Positions 48,797-61,598 of a stretch of DNA of 64,000 nucleotides are shown piece after piece. The stretch spans positions 124,001 to 188,000 of the forward strand of contig JALMLS010000030.1 in the NCBI GenBank assembly GCA_038496445.1, written 5' to 3'. A model generated the notes under the pieces. It was not told the origin of the DNA, did not search any database, and worked only from the letters and a program-made list of their open reading frames with translations. This DNA is from Trichosphaerium sp. ATCC 40318 (lineage: Eukaryota; Protista; Tubulinea). How positions within the stretch are numbered: position 1 is the first letter of the stretch; each line of letters starts with the position of its first letter. The position numbers and the translations under genes are program-made.

Positions 48797-51700
48797 ATGA
48801 GACAAGCAACAACGACTGTTTTACAACTATTGTTGGTTACATTCATAGTTATCACGTGGTCCCATGATCCCGTTATACGTATTGGTCTTATATACGGATT
48901 AAACAACAACATAACCCATTCGGGAGACCAACTTGCACTACAAGGTCATCAGATGTGGCAAGACGAAGTAATTTTTTTATCTGAGCTTTCTGCGATTGTA
49001 TTGACACTTTTTTTAATTTACCAGGTCAATGCTCGCGGCGGTATTACTATCAATACCATTAAACACCAAGTAGAACTTGTTCTGTTTGCATTTGACTATA
49101 GCTGTATGCAAAAGTTCTATTTAGCTCACTAATGCCTTCACCTAGCCTGGAATGATACCTCGAAGGAGGTCTGGGAAAATGGCGCCAGAAAGTTGATTGA
49201 CCAAGAAGTTGACTTTGTATTGTTGGTGCGTTGTTTGACTTTTAGTCCTAATTCTCGTATGTGCGATAACTAGCAGCCGCAGTATTACTGTTGTAGGTTA
49301 TTCTTCTTAAAATTAATAAGTGTAGCCAGCGCGTTGGACAGACTTTTTTAATATTATAACAAACGAACATGGAATCAACGCAATACTGCGTACGACTTTT
49401 TGTTAGAATTTTCCCTGTTGTTTTTGCTTTGTACTAGTTGAGTATCATACTTGAGTCACAGCAATGCCAGGTATTGGTGTTTGGTATTTATTGTTATAGC
49501 GCAACCTGTTCGACCTGAGTATAATGCATGTGATGAAAGATTAAAACCTCCATGTACTGTGCCTGTAGGAAGAAGGTTTAAATACTATTTTGGATTACTT
49601 GCACCATATGCAAACAGTTACACAGAATCTTTTAGCTTGTTGGCAAGTCGTGGTGCCCGCACTGTAGCCATTATATGGCCAGGTACTGTCAACTTCTTAT
49701 GTCGGCTTCATTTAAAAGCTGGACATTTTTTGGGACAAAAACATAAATTTTGAGTTTTCTAGGCTCCTACAATCACTTGACCTAGTTCAAACGTCCCAGC
49801 TTTACATCGAATCCTACACGTTATACATCTTAAGTGCTCACCAAATGTCTATGCTTAGATGGGGCGGGATATGACAGTTTAATTGAAGATGCAATTAAAT
49901 CTATGCCATTTCTTAATCTGACAGTTATATACACAAACAACATACCAGCACAAACAATAAACATGCTCAATGTATCCATAAAAAGTACATTGCGACCAAT
50001 TGTCAAAGAACTCAAGGAACATAATCCAGGTACACAATTTTTAAATACTGGTGAAAATGCTTACCAGACTTTAGATATTGTATTGATAGAAGCATTTGCC
50101 ATTTGTGGGGATTTTATCACTGTTTCAAAAGAGCTTGACTTTAATCCAAAGGTGTGAATTATTTCTTATGCGTTTTACTACATTGTACAAACTGTCAATT
50201 TTGTAACCTAACTTTGCTTTACAGGCTTATATATTTTCATATCTTTGTGTTAGTCCGTTTGATGAGATTACTGATGATTTAAAGTATACCTTGTCTATCG
50301 GATTTTTTGTAATACACTCTTATTATTCTATTTTATTTGAATAACTCATTTTAGTGGGACAAAAACCTTAACACTGAATTTCATGACGAAAACAACATGA
50401 CAAATTTCCATCATTTTGTGAGCAATGGAACAATCGCATCACCAATGATATTCAACAACAAGTATAAACAACGATTTGGACAGGATCCCACTGCTGTTGG
50501 TGCCATGGGTTACGTTTCAGGATACATAATTCAGTACGCGTATGAAACAGCAAAGTACGGCAACAAAAAACTGATTTTTTTATGTATCACGTGACAATCA
50601 CACATCTTGATTACCCTTTATATTAGTACATATGATGGTGAAACAATTCAACAGACAATCCTTACAATGGATATCACTGGGTTTTATGGAGAGGTTACTT
50701 TTGATAGGTTTGGTCAGAATAGCGGAAGGAATCGATTGGTGTATCAATATGGACAAGATCTCAATCAAAAAATTGTTGGTCCTCTTTATGCTGCAACTAC
50801 ACAGCTCATATATCCAGCTCCAAAACGGAATGAACGTCATACTACATTTGGATGGTACAGTACGTTCTTTTTATTTTCTTATTTCGTTTCTCTTTTTCTT
50901 CATTTATTCTCACTTTATTTGTATTTCAAGAACAAACAAGTGAGCTTGTGATGCTTTGTTTGGTTAGCGGTCTCATAGTCATCACTCTTGGTCTCATTCC
51001 GTGGGTATTAATATACCGCAACCATCGGGCAATGTGTGCATCACAACCTTTGTTCGTTGTACTTGCTCTTGTATGTTCCTAAATCTACGCAAACCTATTG
51101 TTCACTAATTTTTATTGTTTAGATTGGAACAATATTCATGTATGCGACTGTCTTCTTTTGGACACTTCACACTGATGATTTGCATTGTAATGTTGTGAGA
51201 TGGCTTCTTGGAGTCGGTTTTGGTGTAAGTCAAAATTTTGTAATACATAGTAGGATGTCACATTGACTAACACGTGATAGCTGGCATATGGAGCAATGTT
51301 TGCTCGTATTTACAGAATTGGTCAAATATTTTTTGAAAAACGTTTGGCAGTCAAAACAGTCACCAACAGGATGATCCTTCCAATTGTCACTGGTATTGTT
51401 GTCACTGAGGTGCTGATATTAGCTATATGGACAGGTGTGAGTCCATCGAAAGCTGAATATGAGCAAGTGTCAACACCACACATTCTATCTGATGACTACT
51501 ATGATTGTTCAAACACAACAACAGATACAGTGTTCTTGTCAATACTCCTTGCTTTCAATACATGCGTATTGTTGTATGGCATTTATTGGGTGTTCAGAAT
51601 ATGGAGATTGAAGGCTGTTCTTTACAACGAATCAAAGTACGATAGTAGCAATATTGAAAATCCATCTGAATTTGAATAGATCAATTGGATTCGCAGTTTA

Positions 51701-52426
51701 CACTCTTACATTCTTTATCATCATCTTCATCATCGTTCAGGTACCACTTATTGTATTTAATGAAAAAAAGCTTTTAATACTTGTTTAGGTGTTTGGAAGT
51801 AGCAATCGTCCAGTTGCATTTATTCTTCGTTCCTCGTGTCTTATTCTTGGACCTTTCATCTCCATCTTATCAATTCTCATTCCAAAATGTATTACATGAC
51901 ACTTTCAAAAGAACAACTTGCTATCTATGATAGAGAAAGTGATAAAAGAACAACATTATCCAATATACCAACAGCTATGACAACAATGCAAGAGTTGCAA
52001 GCGACCAATGAAGTACTACAAGAGAAAATGAAGATATACAAAGCCAAAAAAGAAAAAAATGTGAAACAACTTGGTGACAAACTAATAACAATACAAGAAT
52101 TGCAAGCAACTAATTCAAAACTACGAAAACGAGTAAAGAAATACAAAAAAGAAAGAACAACATTATCGGAAGCATTGAAAACAGTTCCAACAATACAAGA
52201 GTTACAAGAATTGAAGGCAACCAACGATAAACTGCAAAAGCAATTGGAGGAATACAAAAAAGAAGAAAATGCAAAACAATCCAATGCACTGACAACAACT
52301 ACAACAATACAAGAGTTGCAAGCAACCATCGACAAACTACAAAAGGAACTGAAGGAATACAAAGAAGAAGAAAATGAGAAACAATCAGATGAAAAAAACG
52401 ATTCAGACTCGGAGATAGTGTTGTAG
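48797..52426 (+). CDS. Class C (GABA-B/Grl-like) GPCR with Venus-flytrap ectodomain and repetitive coiled-coil tail
   Basis: Signal peptide; VNARGGI, RRFKYYFGLL, DFNPK, GFYGEVTFDRFGQN, LIYPAP; ASQPLF, MFARIYRI, LYNES; tail repeats T(M/I)QELQAT. Confidence 0.85.
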
Positions 52427-52556
52427 TCACAACAGCAATCATTAGTTTTAGATGTTTAACGTTCAATAAATAAACTTTGTATTTATACCAAAATAGAGCC
52501 GTGCCAGGTCCGAAAACTTTTGGAAATTATTTTTTGTCCAAAGGAGAGATGATTTC

Positions 52557-52748
52557 ATGCAATAGAGACAGCTTTGAGGTTGTTCTAAAAAAAACACAAA
52601 AAAAATCATTTCTTCATTTTGTGGCGTACTTGTACATTTCATGTTTATAAAAAACTGCTGTTTACTGTCGGAGTAGCTGCTTTTTGGATATAAAAAAAAT
52701 CGTATCTCTTCCTTTTCCGAAGCAGTTGTGCTGGCTGTTAGGTTATGA
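52557..52748 (-). repeat. Inverted partner of 46897-47089
   Basis: Direct sequence comparison. Confidence 0.9.
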
Positions 52749-53629
52749 CCTTTCAAATGCACGTGTTGATTAATCGAACATCATTTATGAACAGCTTCAT
52801 CCCAATACTGATGTAATATGTCTGGAGCTTATTGTTGGAATGTTGAGCTTTCTGGACGATCTGCATTACACAATATATAATTATGGGCACACGTGTGACT
52901 TGTGGTATATGAACAAGACTGGGATGTTGATGATGATAAAGACGTCAATGAGGTTCTATACATTCGAGAATGCTTTTTAACCACTCTGCAAAACGCTTGG
53001 TATTAAACAAATGGCTCTTGGTAAACACGCTACTAAAAATTGACATGGCGTACTCGGCATTATCAGTAAAAAGACTTTATTTTCAAGATAAACACGATAC
53101 AATCTTATGATACTATTTTTCAGTCTAGCAAATTCTTGTATGGAAAAAAACATACGAAACGATAAACCTATTATAGTATCTGTATGTTTTTTCTATTTTT
53201 TGTATTTGACCAAAATACACGGTTTAGGATAGATGACCATGATAGGCATCACTTGTGTTGATGCAAATACAAAAAAAATTCGGTAGCATGACACTTTAAG
53301 GCGTTTATGAAAACGATTTTGAAAACTCAAACTTCTTACTTTTTAATTTATGCTCAACAATTGATTCTAATTCCTTGCCTCCATTTTCTTGCAACAGTAA
53401 TATAAATATAACAGTGATTTGTAATGCAGTGCCTGATCTGAATTATATTAGGTATCTGTCTATATCTTCAGCATTGAGCGGAAGTTCGCTTACAAAAGCT
53501 ACACAAACAATGAGAACTGTATAAACAAAACTAACTGTCTTCTTCCGTCAAGGTAACAAAGACAATGTACCGCTATTTGTTGGTGAGAAATCACATGGTA
53601 AAAATAACACCATAGTATTTTTCTTTTGC

Positions 53630-54010
53630 AACAAAAAAGGGGAGATCGCGGCACGTGTATTTTTGTCTTGCGCTGGGTTAATACCTAATGTGATTCCACA
53701 CTAGGCGTGTCAGGCCCCGCAAGCTTGATGTGGGTATTGGTCTTTCATTTTGTCGTCTTGAGAATGCCCTTGTAGAATTGAATCGGTACCAAAACAAAAA
53801 AGGGGAGATCGCGGCACGTGTATTTTGTCTTGCGCTGGGTTTATGCCTAATGTGATTCCACACTAGGCGTGTCAGGCCACGCAAGCTTGATGTGGGTATT
53901 GGAACCGCAGATTGACTCCATTCGGAGCCCCACAGTCCTCTTTGGAAAGATTTAGTGATTGGCCAAGAGGAAGGAGAGGTCTTTCATTTTGTCGTCTTGA
54001 AAATGCCCAT
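53630..54010. repeat. GC-richer imperfect tandem duplication (~110-bp block plus ~30-bp block)
   Basis: CAAAAAAGGGGAGATCGCGGCACGTG..GATGTGGGTATTGG at ~53633 and ~53795; TCTTTCATTTTGTCGTCTTGA at 53741 and ~53980. Confidence 0.85.
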
Positions 54011-55082
54011 GGGCACTTTTAAGACTACCTCGTTGCTGTACTCTTCCTCGAGAAACATTGAAACGGATTAACGTTTTCAGTCTTGGTGACAATAACACCG
54101 CATTGAAATTCGAAGAATCACGTATCCATGGCCACACAGTCCTACCGCTTCCATCCTTGACTTTGTTTTTTTCTTTATATTGAATTTAAACATAGTAGGT
54201 TTCAAGGTTTAATACGGAAGGCTGTGTTTGTTTAGTAGCCGCTCCCCACTAGAATTGACAATCTGTTAAGTTTTAAGTCCGTGACGTTTGAAAACAAAAA
54301 AAAAGTGGTACCTATGGTTTGTATGTAAAACCGTATTAGGGCTTCCTATGATCTATCTAATCAAAGTAGTAAACCAAATATTTTTTGTGGTAGTTCAGAA
54401 AACAGGGAGGTATATTTCGCATTTTCTTTCAGGTGTCCAGAAAACTCACTTTTTTTCAGATTTTGCATACATTGTAACTTACAATTCCCTCGCTGCACAG
54501 GATCTACTCCACGTGCTAACCTAAACGTCGTATGTATTAGCATTAAAAAGTACAATGTCACGAGAACGTTATCTATTCCAAACCAGTTATGTACCTCACA
54601 ACGGGTGAGTGCTAACAATCCGCTACCATATTGCATAAATTATCATAAAACTAAGTTGCATATTCACGCTCTTGGATTCATAGGCGTTAGTAGACGAGTT
54701 TAAAACCCAAGAGAACTTGTGCCTTTACTAACAACCTTGTAGAAATTGCTATATCTTCACTTGTTGTTAACGTTGCAAGAGGTATTGCCACAGGAGGTCT
54801 AGTTGGTGTTATGTAAATAAATTGAAACTTGCACCTTTAAAATTCTTAGAATACATGGAAGCTAAATCACGTGCGGGTAGTTACAAAAATCCTTCACAGT
54901 GGTTGGACACTATCGGGTTAATTTTTGATTGAGTATTGTTATACTGTTGAAGTGATGTTGTTGTCACAGCGTGAGTGAAGCATCTTGCCTTGACGGAGAT
55001 TTTCTGGTGAGAAAAAAAAATGGCAACAAAATCAGCTTGTTGACGTCAACGATCTTATTTTCGTATTTCAGTCCTTCACACA

Positions 55083-55998
55083 ATGGCAGAATCTAATCCA
55101 AAGGTATTTTTTGATGTTAAAGTCGGCCGAAAAGCCCTAGGCAGAATCGAGATGGAAGTAAGTTCATAAACAACGCTATAATCATGATTTACAACGTTTT
55201 ATAGTTGTTTGCCGACGTTGTTCCAAAGACTGCTGAAAATTTCCGCTGCCTATGCACCGGTACGTTACTTGTACCTTCCGATCGCGTTTGTGATGTCTTT
55301 TTGTATCTTTACGTTCTAATTTTTTTTACAACAGGCGAAAAGGGTGTCACAAAGAGCGGCAAGAAGCTACACTACAAGGGATCCAAGTTTCACCGTGTAA
55401 GAAATTAATCTTATCAAGATTTATCTAAAACTCCCTTTAGGTTATCCCACAGTTTATGTTACAAGGTGGTGACTTCACCAAAGGCAACGGCACCGGTAAA
55501 TAACGACTAATACTGATATTTAAACAAAAAAATGTTTCCATGTCTCCAAAACTCTAAAATACCCTCCCTAGGCGGTGTATCCATCTACGGCAACAAGTTC
55601 GAAGATGAGAACTTTGAATTGACGCATACAGGACCAGGAACACTATCTATGGCTAACGCTGGACCTAACACCAACGGATCTCAGTTCTTTATCTGTACTG
55701 TTAAGACTGAATGGCTTGATGGGAAACACGTTGTTTTTGGTAAAGTAACGAAGGGCATGGAGGTTGTAGAAGCCATCGAAAAGTACGTGATCCTCATTGA
55801 CACGCTGAGATGAGAAAAAAAAAAGATCCAGTTTGGACGGTTTTTTTTTGGTTTTTTTTTGTTTCTTCTTTCTTTTGCAGCGTACTGCTGTTTTGAGGTT
55901 CGTTTAATTAACGATTTTTCCTTTATAGACTTGGAAGCAAACATGGTAAGACTAAAAAAACCATTACTATCGATGATTGCGGTGAATTGAAGGAGTAA
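55083..55998 (+). CDS. Cyclophilin A-type peptidyl-prolyl isomerase (divergent-loop type)
   Basis: [88 protein letters not shown]. Confidence 0.97.
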
Positions 55999-57048
55999 AA
56001 AAAGATCTCTATTTCTGATGTTCAAATAAAATTTAAAATGGTAAACACTTGCCATTTTTTTATTAATCACGTGTAAACAACACAAAGTAAATTCTCGAAA
56101 TGTTGTTTCTAAATTACTATTCTGTTTTCGGTGAGGTGTTTAAATCCTTGTCAGAACGACGTTCACGTAGATTCACTGTCTTGTATGCATTGGTCTATTT
56201 TCCTCACTCACCTTGTTAGTGAGTTTACTATTAGTTATTGTGAGTTGCTTTGAGCACGTGCAAGCAAGTAAAATCTGAGTACTTAACAGTCATTTTACTT
56301 CCAATAACGTTGTTTCAAGCGAAAATAAATGCAGACAAACAAATGCTAGCCAAATGGTCCGAAAAACCCAAATGACAGTTTTTTTCTGATCAAAGACAAT
56401 ACATCTCCGAAGGAGAACCTTCGCTAGATCAAAACAAACTAAATCGTAACCTACATACATAACCTGAATGGCAGTAAAAACTGTAGAGCCTTGTACAATA
56501 CAACGCATTTTTCATGAAAAACCGGTTGACAGAACTTACGTTTCAAAGTGCTCTTATAAAATAAATCATGGAATAAACGCTATCTGGGTAATTCACATTG
56601 TACCATTTTCAAAATGCATGATGCATTATGGTCAGATGTACTAATCTATCCTGTTCGAATTCTTTATCTTCTACCCTATTTCGCTTTCATAAAAAAAAAT
56701 GCTGATCTTCCGCACCCTCAATCATGAACACCCACGGAACCCTCTACTTTGTCAGACGTGATACTTAGTGGCTATATACCGGTTATAGCAGACAAAACAA
56801 AAAGAAGCAGATAGTGTCAATACTACTTCCATAGTTGTTCAAAATGTGACATATAATTTTGCGTTAAAATCACAAAAAATCGGTCCCAGTTTCTTTGCCA
56901 AAGGATAATACTTTTTGGTTTAGTTGTGACAGGACTATGACCACCTTTACTACGGCAATATAAAGTGATTGTCCGAGAAGAGTTACTAGTTGTGTAGTTT
57001 GGATTTTTTTCAGATTTTTTATTTTATTTACAACACAGTGTATCATTG

Positions 57049-58744
57049 TTACATAACCATCATTGAGCTTCTTTGATTAAAAAAATTACGCACAACCAAG
57101 TTTACATTACCACCATGCTTTGTAAGAAGATTAAGGGTCTCTTTGTTCTTTTGAAAACCCATTTCATAAAGTTGTTCCATTTCTCGAGCGTAAAAAGGAT
57201 AAGAGAATCCATTATTACAATAATCCTCAACCTCATAATCACTAGAGAATGATTCTGTCATCTCGTCAGCATCGTTACCGACGCTTATTATTTTAACACC
57301 AAGGCGCGGCCCAAATCTGCTTCCATTACCCGAAAGGCGAAAGAACGCATTATAGGTACCAGGTACTACAAGGAGAAGTTAACAACTTGCATACAAAAAA
57401 ATACACGCTCCGACAGGCAAAAGAAACCCATGAATGTAAGGCGCACGCCAACAACAATTTTTCAGTGAAAAGGCTGTTTCGGCTCAACTTTTTGACCGCG
57501 GTCTAAAAACGTACCCTCTGGCGCGCGTAGGTTAACGCTGACTAAGATTTCCTGCCCAGGATTAACCTCTCTTAAAAGAGGGATCTCCTGAGGAGCAGAT
57601 AAATTATTATAACTGCTAACAAGTAACAGTGTTGTGCCTAAAAAATCCCAAGTCAAAAAAAAAACCAAAAAAAAAAAAAAACAATTGAACCATTCTGTGC
57701 ACGTTTTTGTTGAAACTCCAACGATCTTTTTTAACAATAACAATCACATTCACGTGTCTGTTGTAAAAGAAAAAATTGCAATTTGCAATTTTTTTGTGTA
57801 CCTTGTGGCCAACTCTTTGAGCAAATGTTTTGGACCTTCCAGGTCTTAACAAAATCGCATCCAGCAGAAATCTCAGTATTATTCTGTATGGTTGCATGCG
57901 CAACTAATCGCGCCCCAAAACCATGCTTTGACCCTGAACCACCAAAGGACGAAGCTTTTATATTATTTCCGCGGTTTATCCAACCTCCGCGGCCTTTTTT
58001 ACCTCTTTGTACATTAACACATCCCTTACCACTCAAAATACCACGAGAGGCTAATTCAGCCAATACTACTCGTTTCTGCAAGAGTTTTTTGTTGGGCTTT
58101 TTTCCAACGCTTTCTTTTTTCATTTGGACATGTAAGCGTTGTTTCTCTTGCCTATAGAGATACAATGGTAAGGATATGAGGTCTATAGATGTTGACAGAA
58201 AAAAATAAAAAGGCGCGTGGAATTCGTAGAGAAAACTTGGTTTTATAGCGTGTTGGTTGTTTACGGGTTCTATACGTACTTGATGAGCGGGCTTTTGGGT
58301 TTTGGAGTGTGCCGTTTTTCCGAAACGGTAGATTCTACCGTATCAGCTGCAATTAAGCTTTCTACTGCCTTCCTAGAAAGAGCATTGTTATCCTTCTGTT
58401 GTAGAGTATTCGACGAGCTTGTGCCACAATAAACCCAAACACGAAGAGGTTTTTTATGACTCAACGCAATGTGAAGATCTGTGAGGCTATGAGGGTTGTT
58501 AGGAGATCAGAACGGGGGAAAGTGGTAGAAATCTGGTTTATACGCACCACACCATCGTTACTTTCTCCTGTTCGTCATCCTCATATTTTATACGGATGTC
58601 TTGCCCGTATAAGCCGTACGCTTCGAGAATATTATTTCGAAGTGCATCGAAGGAGTCGCGAGGGAAGTAAAATACTCTAATGTCGTCGTGGAAGTAAGCT
58701 TTGCATTTAATCTTGTTGGTGGAGGTAAAATCAGTCATTTTCAT
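57049..58744 (-). CDS. NBR1-like autophagy receptor: PB1, NBR1_FW domain, UBA
   Basis: PB1 KCKAYFHDDIRVF..IKYEDDEQEKVTM; FW FVKTWKVQN..WPQG..VNPGQEILVSVNLRAP..PGTYNAFFRL..RFGPRL; UBA QLYEMGF..NLLTKHGGNVNLVV. Confidence 0.85.
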
Positions 58745-59205
58745 CAAAGTTTGCCGTTGGTGTATAAGTAAGCCACCTATGAGTACGGTAAGGATAAAAT
58801 AGAGCAAGACGATCCATTTATAAGCTTCGAAGTAGCTAATACTTTCATAAATTAAACCACAACGCACCTGTGGATTCGTTGATGAGGTCGGAATGAAAAA
58901 AAGCCTTAAGCTGCCATAGATTACAACTTAAGTGAATGGAATTAACCACGTTGTACTTTTTTTGTGATAAATACGCGAACCCATGTTTTATATTGCAAGT
59001 TGTACCGGTTCATGTGAAACTTTTTCGTGGTACAAATATGACAAATGGCCACCAAAGTACTCAGTTATACCGACCAGAGGTGCTCGTGCATGTGACGCGT
59101 AGTATTGGGCAATTTATACGCGGCAGAGTTGCTCTGGCTAAACGTACATACGACAGCACTTCAGTGAAACTATCAGCTAGCTATGCCTTAGCCACTAAAG
59201 TTGAA

Positions 59206-60273
59206 ATGTCGTTCCATGTAGTACAACCGTACCAGTACTATTGTGTTCTTGACTTTGAAGCTACTTGCGAGCGTTATTTTCCACGTTCATACCAAAATGA
59301 AATAATAGAGTTCCCAGTAGTTGTAATAGACGCCGCTAACTACCGTGTATTGCCTGAAAGCTTCAGAGTGTTTGTAAAACCAAATATAAATCCTAAGCTC
59401 ACAGAATTTTGTACAGAGCTCACAGGCATTACACAGGTGCGTAATAACTTGCATAAATACGAACGAACCGTTAATGGTTCCCAAAGGACCAAGTTGACAA
59501 AGGAGTAACTCTATCGGAAGCAGTTGACCTTTTTGATGCGTGGCAGGCCAAACATATTCCGGGTTAGCAATTTTACAGATGATTCCGTTAACGCTAACAC
59601 GTGAAAAATTTCCAGGTTCATGGGCGTTCATAACAGACGGGTATGAATGAAAAAGATGATAATCTTCTGGTTGTTCAAAAAAATTGCTGATGTTTATCTT
59701 GTTTGAAGTTGATCACTTTTTAGGCCATGGGATTTAAGGAGGTTCTTGGATAGGGAGTGTAAATTAAAGAATATAAAGAAGCCTTCATATTGTGATAGTT
59801 GGGTTAACATTAGATGGTTGAATGCTTCATTCTATAACAAGAAACGTGGTAACATCGAAAGAATGCTTGGAGATTTTGGCATGCAGTTTCAAGGAAGCCC
59901 GCATTCAGGTTCCTTTATAACAACCAATAATTTGGATTGCCATTAAAAAATTACTTTAGGAATCGATGACGCAAGGAACATTGCAAGGATAGCACGTGCG
60001 GCACTTATTATTTTTTTCTTATTTTTTTCTCGTTTGTTGGTTTTGTTTACAGTCTATCTAGTACGCATGATGTGTGATGGATGTTTGATGGTTATAAATG
60101 ACTCTTTGGCTTACCCTATAGATGGTCAATACGAAACTAATACTCCAACATACATTGATACAAAGCGTTGTAATCACTGTAAAAAGATTGGACATATTGA
60201 TGACAAGTGTTGGTTTAAGCATCCACATCTTAACCCGTATAATCAAAGAGCTTCGATTGTTGTACCTAATTAA
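59206..60273 (+). CDS. ERI1/ERI2/ERI3-family DEDDh 3'-5' exoribonuclease with C-terminal CCHC zinc knuckle
   Basis: VLDFEATC, EIIEFP, FVKPNINPKLTEFCTELTGITQ, TDGPWDL, FQGSPHSGIDDARNIA; CNHCKKIGHIDDKC. Confidence 0.9.
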
Positions 60274-60525
60274 TCAACAAAAAGTCTACAGGCTTGAATA
60301 AATATTTTCTAGCCTTTTACCTTCATGCTTTGTACGGGAAACGAACGTTTTATGCCAATCAAACTTTTTGTCCATTTTTTGTGTTACTCAATTATTTGAC
60401 TGGTACCAGAATTAACTGAACTGAACAAACACGGCTAGGAGTAAGCCTGAATACAAAATTCTAAGCCACAACACTCCACTCAAGCGACACAACGTTTTTC
60501 AATATTAAAACACCGATCCGCGGAT

Positions 60526-61458
60526 ATGAGCGCTCCAGAATCACTTGATAGCATACTATCATACCTACCGGTAGAGATACAGCTTGATATTATCGATTTG
60601 GACCTCGAAGTGTACAAAAAGTGGCCTATCTTGTCTAAACACGCTGCAACTACAACAAGATTTGATAGTGAGCTTAATAAGAGCGGTAAATGGAAACGAA
60701 TAGAGATTATACCACGGTATAGCAAATCGCCAGTCGAACAATTTAGTATTGTAAACTGGGCACGTGGTAAAAAACATGGAGAATCCAAGTCGTGGCGTGA
60801 CACATTGACATTAAAATGTAACTATGTCAATGGTGAGCTTGAAGGAGAGTATAAAGAGTGGTATTCAGATGGATCATTTAATAATGATGGTGAGTTAGAA
60901 GGAGAGTTGAATGGTAGTAAATTGTGTAAGCAATGTTATTATGTCAATGGTAAGCGTGAAGGAGTGAGAAAAGAATGGTTTCAGGATGGTACTCTAGAGC
61001 TGCATTGCCATTATGTATTTGGTAGACTGGAAGGAGAATATAAAAGGTGGTTTGAGACTGGTCAATTGGAGTGTAGTGGTAACTTTGTTTGTAGAAAAAG
61101 AACAGGAGTGTGGCGGTTTTGGTATGATAATGGCCAACTGAAAGAGCATGCTAATTATGTCAATGATGTAAAAGAAGGAGCATATCAATGTTGGTATAAG
61201 AATGGACAGTTATGGGAACAGGTTACCAATGATGGAGCGTATATGCGTTGGTATGAAAATGGTCAAGCAAGAGAACAGTTTTATTATAATAGTAATGGTC
61301 ACCAAGAAGGAGAGTATAAGGAATGGCATAGCAATGGCCAGTTGAGGAAGAAATGTTATTTCGTCAAAGGTAGATTTCATGGAGAATATAAAAGATGGAG
61401 TAAAACAGGCTTCCTGATTGTACACCATAAATACGTTGATGGTATGCAATTGAAGTAA
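60526..61458 (+). CDS. Intronless F-box-like plus MORN-variant repeat protein
   Basis: 310-aa single ORF; ILSYLPVEIQLDII; about 9 repeats GxxEGxYxxWYxNGQL. Confidence 0.85.
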   Translation: MSAPESLDSILSYLPVEIQLDIIDLDLEVYKKWPILSKHAATTTRFDSELNKSGKWKRIEIIPRYSKSPVEQFSIVNWARGKKHGESKSWRDTLTLKCNYVNGELEGEYKEWYSDGSFNNDGELEGELNGSKLCKQCYYVNGKREGVRKEWFQDGTLELHCHYVFGRLEGEYKRWFETGQLECSGNFVCRKRTGVWRFWYDNGQLKEHANYVNDVKEGAYQCWYKNGQLWEQVTNDGAYMRWYENGQAREQFYYNSNGHQEGEYKEWHSNGQLRKKCYFVKGRFHGEYKRWSKTGFLIVHHKYVDGMQLK

Positions 61459-61598
61459 TTAACACAAGGCATAAGCTTTGCAATATGGACCATAGATTCT
61501 GTTGAGCCAACTACCAAACAACCAGACTCGGTGAGAAGTTTGGTAAAAAATAAACATGATTTTTAGCTTGAAGGTGACTGGTTTTTATTGTAGGTCAT

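Noticed and set aside
51925-52362. Antisense ORFs over coding exons (also 27010-27312, 38241-38589, 57783-58157, 60480-61449)
   Set aside because: Shadow frames of real genes on the other strand
53630-53905. CRISPR-like array
   Set aside because: Only two long copies without unique spacers, in a eukaryotic context with no cas genes
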